A stretch of DNA of 62,604 bases, the filler included, from Dugesia japonica (Eukaryota): NCBI GenBank assembly GCA_001938525.1. It is 6 parts of 6 records of this genome, joined end to end, with 100 filler letters (N's around TTAATTAATTAA, not from the genome) between each part and the next. Parts side by side here need not be neighbours in the genome. Positions count along the whole stretch, not along the records: positions 1 to 10,055 come from MQRL01612430.1; positions 10,156 to 19,509 come from MQRL01221888.1; 4 more parts are not named here. One strand, 5' to 3'. The translations under genes and the position numbers were made by a program. Positions within the stretch are counted from its first letter, which is position 1; every line of letters starts with the position of its first letter. Shown one piece after another: positions 1 through 12,595 of the stretch. A model generated the notes under the pieces. It made no database searches. It was given only the letters and a program-made list of their open reading frames with translations, and was not told where the DNA came from.

Positions 1-420
1 AAGGGCTTTTTTTATAGATTTATATTCAAATAATTGTCCACATATATTACTAGTTTCACTAATGTCTATAATTCATCACTAGTTAATAATAGTTATTTTG
101 TTCGACGAATATAGACGTTTTAGCACATATTTCACATTTTTGAATTTCATGTTTAATTTTTCTTCTCATATCAAGCCAGAAGTATATTTCTTGAATATAT
201 TTCACTAACATTTTGCTTCATTCATGCAAGAATTTAACTAATTTTGGTAAATTATTTTCTGGTATAGCGATTAGTTTCCTTTTTTAATTATCTTTAATTA
301 TGAAATTCCGAAATAATTTGGATTAATCCACACTTTTACAATATTTTCTTTTCTTTACTTCAGTAATTAGATCATTACCCTAGTCTTGTAACCATCGTGA
401 TTTGCAGAGATCGACATATA
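1..420 (-). mobile_element. Degenerate Ty3/gypsy integrase N-terminal fragment
   Basis: Manual minus-strand translation with frameshifts gives KLIAIPENNLPKLVKFLHE...FWLDMRRK...KICAK, matching the HHCC zinc-binding region of gypsy integrases. Confidence 0.45.
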
Positions 421-579
421 AAATAATCAACTACACCTACAGCTTCTGTAAAAATCAGTAATATATTAAGAGATTATGTCCAAAACTACAATGAAATTTA
501 TTCAATAGGCGAGCACATTTTTGAAGTAACTCCTGGTTTCAAGATAGAGAATATTTGTATGATAATTGATTTTTGAACT

Positions 580-2230
580 AACAAGAGAGATAAAAAATGA
601 ATGCCACAAATTTGGATTCAGATATCAAAAGCCTTTGCAATGACAAAGAGATATATGGTTATCATGCTTTGAATTTCAGGGCTCTAATCGAAAGAGAGGT
701 GATCAAAATTGTAAATATTGGTTAGTTAATGGTTCAATTGATATTATTGATAATTTGAATATAGGTTTATATGCTGATTTGGAAAAAACTTAAGAATTAA
801 AAAAGGTAAAAGATACGGTCACAAAGCTTTAGGGTTTATAAGGCATTCTAAGATACCAATTACGCCAAAGTTCAAGACTTTGATGAACGACTTATCAAAA
901 TATGATTTCTTATTGAAGTATAGGAAAGGGGAAAATCATCACAATGTATAAGGTATTTCGATACTGACGTCCAGTTATTGTTCGACAATGCCAGACTGAA
1001 CATAAAAATGCCAAGTCCAAATCATCTAAGGTAAAATATTTAAATGTTATGAATATTTTCATAAGTGATTCACACAATTAAATAAAGAAGATTTTAAAGA
1101 AGATGAATTATTTAAGGAAATCAAAATTTATTTGATTAGCAAAACTGTTAAGTTATCAGAAACGATAAAAACCTCCCAGTATTTTAAATATTTAAATAAG
1201 TTTTAATTAAAGATGATATACTGTTAATAGAGTAGAATGATAATCAAAAGATTGTGATTCCCAAAAGATGTGTAATTAATTTTGTGAACTAAATTTGTAA
1301 AGACTTATGCCATGTTGGAATAAAAAAACAACAAAATATGTATCTGACTATTTCATCGGGCTGAATATGATTACAGATATTCTTAATGGTATCAGAGAAT
1401 TTCCTTTTTGTATGCACAAAAAGTTAAGTAGTGAAAAGGTTTAGGAAAGATTTGTACCAAGATACGTAGGTAAACCGATGAAAAAAAATCGTGATAAACG
1501 TTGCATATATAGATAACAGTAAATCCTACAAAAATACATGATAATCATAATTGACCAGTTTATCAAGTTATTCAGTCTTAATGCAGACACAAATCAAAAT
1601 TAAAACACGATCAAACGTACATTGTTAAATAACTGGATTTACAAATATGTAAAACCTAAATCCATTGTTTTTGATGGAGGAATAGTATTTGAAAGAAAGG
1701 TTTTACAATAGTTTGCTTCAATATTTCACATTTTGTGGATATTTACATCTTCCCATGACCATAAATTAAATGGTTTAGTAGAACACGCAGTTAAAACTGT
1801 CAGATATATAATAGTAACATCCTCAAAATCTGGAGAAGAATAGAATAGTTAGGATGGAATTCTTTCAAAAGTTGAATTTTTATTCAATTGCACGATATCA
1901 AAGACGATAGAATTCTATTTGATTGAAGTTATTTATGGAAGTAGAATTAATATTCATTCAAAGAAATAATTTAAAAGTACCCATAAAAAAGTTCTGGAAA
2001 AGGTCGATAAACGAATCAAGAAGGAAACTGAGTTGAATGGGAATAACAAAGTATGAGATAAAGGTCTGGTAAAGAAAAATCTGGTAAAACGAAAAAAATG
2101 ATAATATATAAGGGCCTTTTGAAGTTATGAAATTCCTATCAAATCATCAAGTAACATTGCAGAATTCAGAAGTTTCGAAATATAGACTTATAGAATGGTT
2201 GAAAATGTGTTAAAAATTTGAAAGAGATGG
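580..2230 (+). mobile_element. Degenerate Ty3/gypsy pol (RNase H - integrase), pseudogenised
   Basis: Broken frames contain PITPKFKTLMNDLSKYDFLLKYRKGENHHNV (RNase H end), CHVGIKK (IN zinc motif), VFDGG, TSSHDHKLNGLVEHAVKTVR (IN core) and YKGPFEV (GPY/F). A purine-rich tract follows at about 2220. Confidence 0.8.
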
Positions 2231-2539
2231 AATTTTTTAGATACAATTATTAAGTTAAGCGTAATTTAAATAAAAGTTAATTATTAAAATTAAANGAAAA
2301 TTAACATTATATTTATTTACAATATTAGTTCTATATGTGATAATGATAGCAGGTAAGAAATTTTAAGGCAAATAAAATTGAAGATTAAATTATATAAAAA
2401 TATAGCATATATTGAATTGTTAGAAAATTTTAAATTTGATTAGTAATCGATGACTTTTTTAACAAATATAAAAATAAGTATGTTGACCAGATAACTACAA
2501 AATCAGTAACTATTAAAACATTAATTCAAGAATATGATT

Positions 2540-3450
2540 TAACTTTTAAAAAGTAAATGGAATATTGGTATCACTCAATTAAGAAAATATACAATAAAGA
2601 CTGATTGGTCCAATAGTTATTAGTCCAAAGAGATAACTCATGCATCGAGAGAAAAGAATTAAATAATATATTCGAAATGAAAAGGGCCGGAATTGTGAAA
2701 ATGTGAATTGAGGTGGTATATCCCATTCGTGTGTGTATTAAAAAAATTAAGAAGGCATTAGAATATGTTTAGAAGTAAGAACATTGAACGATATAACTGA
2801 GAGACCATGTTTTTCGATTCCTAAGATTGAAGAAAGACTTGATATGCACTGCATTTTATTTCTAATGATTTATGGCAAGTATATTATCAAGTCAAATGTT
2901 AAGAAAAATCTGTTTAAAAATGTTTTTTGACAAACTCTTGTCAATATTTTTTCAACAGAATTCCAATTGGCATGGTAAAGACGTCTGTTACATATTGGGA
3001 CGATAAAACGAAATTTCAATAAAATGAGAGAAAGTTAATATAAAAATTGGAGTCTAATTGACTTCAAATTCACTATAAATAAAACAGTTCAACAAACTAT
3101 TAGAAAATCATCAGCTGATAATTTGATAAAAGAATATTCAAAAAGTGGTTTGATAAATCCAAATTTCCATTAAATTAACAGAAATTTGAAAATAAAATTT
3201 CCAATATTAGAAGAAATGAAATACACCAGAATATACAAGAATAAAATGTTATAGCAAATAAATCCTTTGTAGTTTGACGGAAAGGTTTGTTTAAAATTGA
3301 TTATGGAAATAAAATGGACAGTCAATCTGAAGGCATATTTATTATAAAAGAGAAATTACACGAAATAAGTTACAAATTAAAAGAAATCAAACCATAAAGA
3401 TTATTACAAGAAATACTGAATAGTTTAAAATTATGAAGGAACATGAGACG
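2540..3450 (+). mobile_element. Internally deleted gypsy remnant (RT N-terminus joined to IN C-terminus)
   Basis: WYIPFVCVLKK..GIRICL..RTLNDITERPCFSIPKIEE (RT start), then QFTINKTVQQTIRKSSAD and EGIFIIKEKLHEISYKLK (IN C-terminus). Many stops. Confidence 0.6.
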
Positions 3451-5656
3451 GTATATAATTATTTTAATTAAAATTAAATATACTGTTTATTAAATTAAAT
3501 ACTGTTTAAAGTTTAATAAGTGAAAAATACAAACCTTATAATAATTTATTGTATTCTGATTGGCTGCCTATAATATAATTAAATTAGATTTTTATGCATA
3601 AAAAGCTTACTAAAAGTTTAATAAGTGATTATATTTTAGAAAAAGGTTAGACAATGTAATACACACCAAACACACACATAGATATACACATTTTTATAAT
3701 AGATAAGTTTAAAAACTTATTAAACCTTTATTAAACTTAATTTATTATTATTGTATTTATATTATGAATGTTTGCACGCATGAAAAAAATGAAATTGTAT
3801 GATTAATTGTATGATAAATGAAATGTCAATTTGACAATTGTTGTGCTCAATCCCAATATATACGGATATTCAAGTCATAGGATATACTTTTTAATTCTTC
3901 AAATGATTTGTTTTATTTAACATCTTTAATTTACTTTAGGGTATGTCAGACCAAAAATACTTGATTTTAACCTAAAGAGCATACTGGGCACAAAGCAATT
4001 TATTTCATTTAAATAAAGTAAATAATGCATCTAAACTGTTAAATATAATTCTCATGTATATAATGAACAGTTACTTATGTCATACAATTGCAATACTGAC
4101 TCCAAACGTCGCAAACACAAATGATAGATCACATATATAGATAAAAAATAGAACTTTTCTAAAGCTGTTCACCTAGAGCTCTACCGGTAGGATTTGAATG
4201 ATCTTAAACATTTTTTTATGACTACGATAAAGGGTTTCCTTCTACTTCTTTAGTTGTGGCAATACGATTCCATGGAATTCACGATTATAATTTTGTCATT
4301 AAAATATATCGTGGTTTTAATAGTCAATTACAACTGATTTTAATATATTCATTTAGTTTCTTTTAATTTTAACACACTACTTCAAATAAGAAGGAATTTT
4401 GTAATAATAAATTAGTTATAAATAAGTTCGTCTAAATTTCACTGCCCTGGAATTCAGTAATCCTATTAGTGATTAAGCGCTAATCTTTCTAACTACCAAT
4501 CGTCGTTTTTTGCTTCACCTGAGAGTCAAATATACATATCTTCTACCGTTGTAACTTAAGTAAAAGTCATCGTTTTTGTTATAGTCTGTCATACAGTTCA
4601 TTTTATAAAGGTTCCTTGAATAACATGATAAATTAATCTAACCAATCTTGTTCTTGAAATCTTGTCAAGATCAATTCATATTTCGACTTTATTGACTCCT
4701 CTTACTACGAAAAGAGTTTTTATCTTTTCATGCTTATAATGACACTTATCAATATGACGTTTTAAGTAGTTAAATTATTGAATTCTCCACCAGACTACTA
4801 AGCAATGTCTATGTCGGTTAGTGAAGAAATTGACATTCATATTTATAACCTTGAAGTCATACTGGTCATCTTCTTAGAAGTGTATGTTTTTGGTATGGTA
4901 TCTTTATGCTGTGATAGAAGTTCTCTTATATTGGGGTTTAGAAAACAGCCGCCAACAAGTGTTAACATAAGTTTGAATTAAATGCAACTGGTGATCAACA
5001 TATTATTAATTTAATAAACGTGGAGGTATCAAATAAAATAACGGTTGCAAAAGATTAGTTTTTTAAATTTTAAATTCAAGATTTTAAATTATTTAGTTAA
5101 GGGCGAAGTAAAATTTGTTTTAATTTGCAATGATTAACGAGGTGAATGCCAAATTCAAAATCTTTCTTTATTCATTAACTTAAAATGGTGAATGGTTCTT
5201 AACCTGAATTGTGTTCAATTTTTAATATTTATATCGATCACAGGATTAGAGAAACTTTTCAATGACCACGTTCAATATTTTTTAATATGAAAGATATTCA
5301 CCTTGGTAAGATATGAGACGCTCACTAAACAAAAGGAACTGGAATAAGTCTTGTTAATGGGGTCAAAGGTAAAATGGTTTATTGGTAAAGTAACTTAATT
5401 TTTTTGTCAGTCTAGCTATTCGTTTACATTTTGTAAATATGACAAGATCCATGATAATATGCAACTAAAGACGAAATATTATTCGCTTAGTTCTAATTTT
5501 TGCGAANNNNNNNNNNNNNNNNNNNNNNNNNNNNNNNNNNNNNNNNNNNNNNNNNNTTGTAAATGAACCAATCAGTATGACCATTTAAAGATACCAAATA
5601 CCCCCTGTTTCATAAATGAAGTCTTGCGCGAATCATTATTGTTCTGATTTCCGTTC

Positions 5657-5733
5657 TAACACTTTTATGGCCGCTCACACAACATATATGTGATAGCCGG
5701 TGCATCTTAGCCGATGCGGCCATTAAAGTGTTA
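5657..5733. mobile_element. Tiny piggyBac-type MITE (18-bp TIR)
   Basis: TAACACTTTTATGGCCGC (5657-5674) and GCGGCCATTAAAGTGTTA (5716-5733) are reverse complements with one mismatch. The TTAA flanks are degenerate. Confidence 0.55.
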
Positions 5734-8359
5734 TTGTGTTTGATTTTCTTTAAAAAGTTTACGTTCTCTGGGAATGGGTATATATTTTCTAAGTACTATC
5801 ATTAGATGTATGTGTAAGTATTATATCAGTGTTAAAATAAAGGTAAATCGGATATGAGAATTTTATCATTTTTATGGTATTTATGAGACAAATTATTGTA
5901 AAATCAGAAGACTTGGAAGTAATATCAGTGACACAATAGAATATTTTGGAGTACAGATGATTTGATCATAAGGTATGAAATACTACAATCTTATTAAACA
6001 TCGCTGAATCATTTAGTGAATATCTTTTTAACCTAAGTGAAATTCATTATCACTTAAACTTGTATAAAAAATAAACATCAAACGATCATTCAAATATTAT
6101 TTGATGTATTCTTCGTTGGATTATCTCGTTACTTTACATTTCGTTAGTATCAATTTAACAATGAGTATGAATTTATTATCGGAAAATGGATCTCCAGTTT
6201 TATCAGTATAAATTATACAAATAAGTATAAATGTTTTTTCGAATAAAAATTATTTCGTATAAATGCTTAAATACAAGAACTTGTTATTTTAAAGATTAAC
6301 TATTTGCAATGTAGTTATTCTAATTTTGGGAGTCAGTATACACTTTTAAGTAATATTTTAAGTGTGTATTATATAAGTGTTTCCCAAAATTTTTCTTGTT
6401 TCTTTCATTACTATTAACAATATTTATTTTTCTAATACTTTGCACCTTCGAGGGATGATATATTGCTGATAATAGAATGATAGGGCTGAGTGGTTGATTA
6501 TAGCTTTTTTAAGTTGATGCAATGCTTAATACTGATATTAGGTGAATTCTTATACAATGGATGTTATGAAGTTGCAGCTGTGAGATTTAGCAGATTAATG
6601 GGAAATGTTGAATATTAAGGAAGAGAGTTTTTAGCAGTATTGTGATACTAATTTATGATATTATATAATTATACTAAATTAATAAAATTATATTTTTATC
6701 AGATTAATTTAGACCATTGTCTTTATTAATTTGTGGGCACACAGACTCTTCATAATAAAAATGGGTATTATTAGATAAAATTTATTTAAAATCACAAAAG
6801 GGATATTTAATTTTTTTCTTTCTATTAGATCTGTATTTATCTAAATCTATTAAACTGAAAATTAATTACAATATTATATACTTTAACTTAAAAAAATATA
6901 TAATTTTGTTAAGCTTTGATATTTTAATTTATTTAATAGATACTTTATTTAGCTTATTCGCCTTCCTTATTTATGTTTCATCAAAAGACCTACCAAGGGT
7001 AGATACCACGAGGCCGGCAAGAATTTGAGAGTGCCTCGTGCACCTTTCCAGCTAATTCGAATTGCGGGAGTATGTGGTATTTTTTGTTGATATATTCAAT
7101 TCGCGTGGCCTCAGTTGTGTTATCTCTTGTTTCAGGTTGTTCGTTTCATTTTTACTAGTGAACAGATTCTTCTAAAAATGAATTTCACAAAGAAAAGTTT
7201 TTTATAGGACAAGTATAATTCACAGCACGACATCTATTACGGATCGTTTATGGTGATCACTTCCTTCACCGGTGGTCTTTTCATCAGTTCGCGAAGCTTG
7301 ACTTAAGATACGGACAGTATATTAAAATTTAAAGGTTAAAAATTTGTACAGCCTGAATTCTTAACATTTGGAGTTAAAACCTATGCAAATGGATAGAAAA
7401 TTAAAAACCACATATATTTTCAAAAAGACATAATGTAAAATGCATGTTTCACGAGAAAATCATAAAACAAAGAACAAAGGAATTTTAAAAATCTTTTAAA
7501 AATAGAGTTTTGTTACTTTTGGTTATCCAAGTTGTATTCAATTTTAAAGAATTGCAATGAGATGACAAGCATTACTGTCTAGTCAAAACTTTAATCCAAG
7601 GTATCATTGACAAATTTTTAAAGATTTAATTGTTAAGAAACATTAATTTATCGAGTCAAAATCTGTACTATTCAATAGAGAATTAAAACTTATTTATATT
7701 GTCTAACAAGAAATGCTATGTTAATGGGAAAAAATAAAAAAGAAAATGTTTAGAATAAGTATATTTGAGACTAAAGGATAAAGACATCCAGACTTCCTGT
7801 CAAGTTAAAGATTGCATTCATTATACCTATAATTTCATTTAATCCTTTGATTCCATCTTCAAAAAGGTGTTAGTCAGAATGACATTTCGATTTGATAATA
7901 TATATAAGTGTTTGTATCATATTATTTCTTAAATTAAACATTNNNNNNNNNNNNNNNNNNNNNNNNNNNNNATTTCTTTTATTGTTTTTTGAATAATTGT
8001 TCAATTAAGGATTTTAGTAAAATTATTTCTCTTGTATTCTACCTTGATATTGTTAATAACTGGTGACTTATATAAAGATCACTGATTTGTACCTTTACTT
8101 AATCCATAAAATTTTGTAAATTAGTATCATTGGAAAACATATTTTCCTTTTCTTCATTGATTAATGCTTGCAACACTATATCTACTTATTCCATTTCATC
8201 AACAAATTGAAATTCGCTCCAATTTTCTTCAAGTATTTGAGGCTTTGTTTTATCCATTTCTTTATTAATATTCACAATCTTTAGTTCATCCTTGATTAAA
8301 TATTTCAATTTCTAATATGGACTTTAATATTTTCTTCTTATTAACTATGTGGTCTGAAT

Positions 8360-8971
8360 CAGTGAAGTATATCCGCACAGTCGCAGGAGGCTAGCGATTT
8401 GGACCTCGCAAGTCAGGGGGCCCAAAACTACACTAGAAAATTAATTACATAGGACTTAACAAATATTACCATTATATTAGGATTTGAACATGTCTTAAGG
8501 ATTTCCAAGGGCCTACATATGCAAGAATTAATTTGAGAGATAATTTTATAATTTGCTCGTAAAAATCGTCCGAAGTGCAAACAATGAACAATCTCGCCAA
8601 TTTTTTTAACATTAACAATATGTAATGCAACAGGAGACCGATCATTCTCCGTTCTTAAACGCATCTAAAAAATTATCTAAGGAATAGTCTTGGTCAAGAG
8701 CCTTTGCAAAATTTATCAATGACATTTCGCAAAATATTCATTCTGAAGACATGAAGACAAGAAACAAATTAAACAAAATTAACTATTGTGTTACTATTAC
8801 TTTAATTATTATAATATGTAATCGTTTATTAGTCTACATTATTGTTTTTTGTGTTTGTAACATATTTGTATTATATCCTATGTATTCAATATTTTATAAA
8901 TAAAAAATATTGTTTCTTTCCAATCGTGACCAATTCCACAATAACCTTTCAGTATTGCGTATACGCCACTA
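8360..8971 (+). mobile_element. Non-autonomous hAT deletion derivative retaining the dimerisation domain
   Basis: Left end CAGTGAAGTATA, right end TATACGCCACTA, subterminal GGGGGCCCAAAA. The internal + frame reads LTLTICNATGDRSFSVLKRI/KNYLRNSLGQE (hAT C-terminal dimerisation motif, about 8605-8710). Confidence 0.7.
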
Positions 8972-9124
8972 ATCCGAGGGTAGATACAGACTAAGTTTTG
9001 TACATTGCGAGAAAATTTTACTAGTAAAATATGATTTTACTTATAAAATTAAAATAAAATTCGTTAAAAAAGTTTTGGTTTACATTAAAAAACTTTTTAA
9101 ATGTGTAAATACTTAATCTATTTT

Positions 9125-9960
9125 TCAAATATTTTGATCATTCATTACAATTGTGGTCTTTGTCTTCTCTACATGTATAATCTCTTCCATTTTTCTCAAT
9201 TGAAATAACGTGACCTTCATTACTTTTGTGTAATTATTTGTATTGTTCAAATAATATCTTTGTTTTCCATTTCCGAATTCTTTTCTGACATATTCACTTT
9301 TATTATGATAACTAAACTGACTGTTCATATTTATGTAACAGTTCTCTGGGTGGTGTCCTTTCTTGTTGCATCTTGAGCAACTAACTTTGGTACAGTCTCT
9401 TAAGTGTTGTTCAGATCCACAAGCTTAGCACTTTTTTGGTTTCTTGGCAATTTCTTCTTACATGAGCTATTTTGTTACAGGTCAAACACGTGATTTCGCG
9501 TTTTTCGTTGTTTCTGTGCTGTTGTATTACTTCATTACAACTCTTGTTGAAATTTCTTTGTTTTGGACTTCTGTGAACTGCATTTCTGTAGTTATGAACT
9601 ACATTTATTTCTTCAGTTTTTTCTTCGTCTTTTATGTCTTCCAAGTTTTTTATTTCTTTAAATATATCTTCTACTTTTTCTATTTGTCCTGATTTTATCT
9701 CTTATCTTCGTGTCATTGCAACTATTGATTATTAGCTCCATTGTTAAGTCATCTTTGTTTCATTTATGAGCCATTAAATTTTCTACCAATCCTTCAATCT
9801 TCTTCTTATAGATATTTATCTCCATTCCTTCGATAATTTAGAGCTTCCTTCATATATTTAATCATTGTTGATCGTCTAAAGAAAGCCTTTCTGAATCTTT
9901 CTTCAAATCCCAATGCTTCGTCTCTATTTTCATAGATTTCCCGTAAATCTTTAACTATGA
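9125..9960 (-). mobile_element. Gypsy gag fragment, same family as the 34-38.8 kb element
   Basis: Nucleotide homology to about 37440-38270 (shared TTCCATTTATGAGCCATTAA-like and GAAAGCCTTTCTGAAT blocks). CCHC knuckle CLTCNKIAHVRRNC. Confidence 0.85.
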
Positions 9961-10099
9961 AAAACAAGTAATATTAGAAATTCGGATTTAATTTTGATTT
10001 CATTAAAGTAAAATATTTTAAATATATCGATTTTCATTTTAAAAATATATATATANNNNNNNNNNNNNNNNNNNNNNNNNNNNNNNNNNNNNNNNNNNN

Positions 10100-10111
10100 T
10101 TAATTAATTAA
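10100..10111. other. Artificial contig linker TTAATTAATTAA between N runs
   Basis: Six-frame-stop 12-mer followed by exactly 44 N. The same construct recurs five times in the window. Confidence 0.95.
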
Positions 10112-11009
10112 NNNNNNNNNNNNNNNNNNNNNNNNNNNNNNNNNNNNNNNNNNNNTAAAATTAGTATTTGTTTAAATATTTGAGATTTAGACTAATTCAC
10201 ATACATACATGCATACAAAAGTAGGAAATTATTATAATAGATTTATTTTACCACGAACATATTGTACGATAATTTAAAATTTATTAGTAATAATTAATTT
10301 AAAATTTTCCTCATAGTAAACTAGGAAAAAATAAAACTAATAATTTATATTTCAAAAATGTGAATTCGAAAATCTGAATTTAATAACCTTAATTNACAAA
10401 GAATTGTTTATTTAATATATTAATCTGTTTGAGCACAATTACTTGAATATTGATCTGTCTGATGATGTCATCGATATCTAATATGCAAAATATATAAAGA
10501 AAGTTAGTTTTCTACAAAACTATTTTGAAATATTTACATTATTTACTTCAATTTAACAATACAATTTTACTATTATGTTCTTTGTGATTTCATCTACTTA
10601 ATACTAGATGTAAAACATGAATCGTTTACTAACCAAAACAATTTTTATGATGCTTACAAATAACATTGTATTTTAAATGTCATTGATTTATTTCTTGCTT
10701 AAATGAATTTCAGTTGGTATCTCAAAGGTTCTATATTTTTTGAGTCACCGGGATCCCATGTTGTGAATAATTTTCAAAAAAAAACACACGTGTAATGATT
10801 CTAAGATTAATTTACCAAAAATTTCCTCATGTGTTGTTTTGAGTTGACAAGATAGTAATTTCAGTTTTCACAAATATTGTTGTTTGCTTTGAAGGACTTT
10901 TGTCATTGTTATGATTTTTTCCGTCTGACATTTAATAACTACTAATTTTAATTTATTTTAGAGTTAAACTGTGCGTAACTTTGGTAACAGATTTTAGTCT
11001 AGGATTAAT

Positions 11010-11084
11010 TTAACACGTTTACTGCCGACTACGAGTTAACTCACATGTCCAAGTTTTTTTTGCGCTGGACAGCGAACGTGTTAA
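11010..11084. mobile_element. piggyBac-type MITE (67 bp) with TTAA TSD
   Basis: TTAA|CACGTTTACTGCC ... GGACAGCGAACGTG|TTAA: imperfect TIR and perfect TTAA duplication (11010-11013, 11081-11084). Confidence 0.75.
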
Positions 11085-11279
11085 ATAAATGCAAAAATAA
11101 ACATTGTCGACATATTTTACCTTTTCATTACCTCCATGATATGAAACCTGCATTATTTTCTTGTCAATTCAATATAACAATATCATTTATAACGATAAAT
11201 AGTTTAACAATTTAATTTGTTCAAGAGATTATAATTTATTCTACAGCTTATAAATATAACGAATCTATTAAAATGTAAT

Positions 11280-11555
11280 AGTATATAATAATAATAATAA
11301 TAACAATACTAATAATAATAATATTAATAATAATATTAACAATAATAATAATAATCATAATAAAAATAATATTTACAATAATAATATTATTAATAATATT
11401 AATAATAATATTAACAATAATAATAATCATAATAAAAATAATATTTATAATAATAATATTATTAATAGTAATAATAAAAATAAAAATATTAATAATAATA
11501 TTAATATTTATAATAATAATATTATTATTATTAATAATAATAATAATAATATCAT
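11280..11555. repeat. Degenerate (AAT)n microsatellite with higher-order duplication
   Basis: Runs of ATA/AAT with the repeated block ATAATATTAACAATAATAATAATCATAATAAAAATAATATTT. Explains the poly-I/N ORF 11248-11649. Confidence 0.9.
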
Positions 11556-12376
11556 TCTTCTGAAATTCATTATCTTGATTCATTTTTAAAAATAAATTTA
11601 TTAAATTATACATTAAATTATATTTAGATTCGCATATAGAAAGAACCATAGAATATTATTGATGAAATACAAACTCATTTTTAACAAAATACATTTCCGT
11701 AATATCATTCATTTGAATAAAATTCTATCATTTTCCAGCAAATGACAAACAGTGAATCTATACATTAGAATATTCAAAATCTTGGTAACCTAATAGAAAT
11801 TTGCTTTGTCATAGTGAAATACGATGCAATAAATTAAGCGGATATTTAAACAATAATAATATAAAACATTAAATAAACTCAAAATCATTTTAGTAGATAT
11901 AAATCAATAAAAATTATTCATCGCTTTTTGTCTTTTTTTCAAAGTTTTATCGACATCGCTCTACAAGAGGAACTATTGAATTCTAATAATTTTCACAAAC
12001 GAATTTCATTGCGTAAATTATAAACTAACATAAAGCGAAAGTATACCGTTTTGATCATATTAAAATAGATCAAAATAGTTTATTCATTTGAAAATAAAAC
12101 TATAAAAAAATCAATATAACACCCTTATTGAAAATTAATTTTCGATAAAATTTATTTGAATAAAAAATGTGCATAAACGTTCAATAAAATACCGGTTATA
12201 AATTATATGAAATAGTAAAAAAAATGATAACAGATTTCTAGTAAAAGAAATAGAAGAAATTGAAATAAAAATTACATCGTTTATTAAATCAGGTGCTTTA
12301 TTCATTATGGAATTAATTTTTTCCATATTTAATAAGTTAAGCACTGATAAAGAGACAAAAAAGAAATTAAACATAC

Positions 12377-12595
12377 TTTAAAACCTCTACCACGCATAAT
12401 CACCACCAACCTCACCATCAACATCACAAAGATTGATTTATTTTCCTTCATAAAATATTTATCGAAAAGAAGAAAATCCCATATTGACTGATTTCTATGA
12501 TTATCAACAAACTCATTGATCAAAGACAAAATGCCATATATGAAAGCTTGATTTAATTCGGTAATTATCCCAGTCTCAGTCACAAATTGATAGAA
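12377..12595 (-). CDS. Candidate internal coding exon of an unidentified host gene
   Basis: Acceptor TTTTTAG| at 12596 and donor |GTATGT at 12376 enclose 73 open codons, phase 0-0 (FYQFVTETGIITELNQAFIYG...VIMRGRGFK). No recognisable domain. Confidence 0.35.

Noticed and set aside
4050-5500. Possible decayed hAT transposase on the minus strand (LLAAVF..PNIRELL)
   Set aside because: Only one weak motif, with no TIR/TSD or further catalytic motifs recognisable.
11248-11649. 133-aa Ile/Asn-rich ORF
   Set aside because: It is a translation of an (AAT)n microsatellite.
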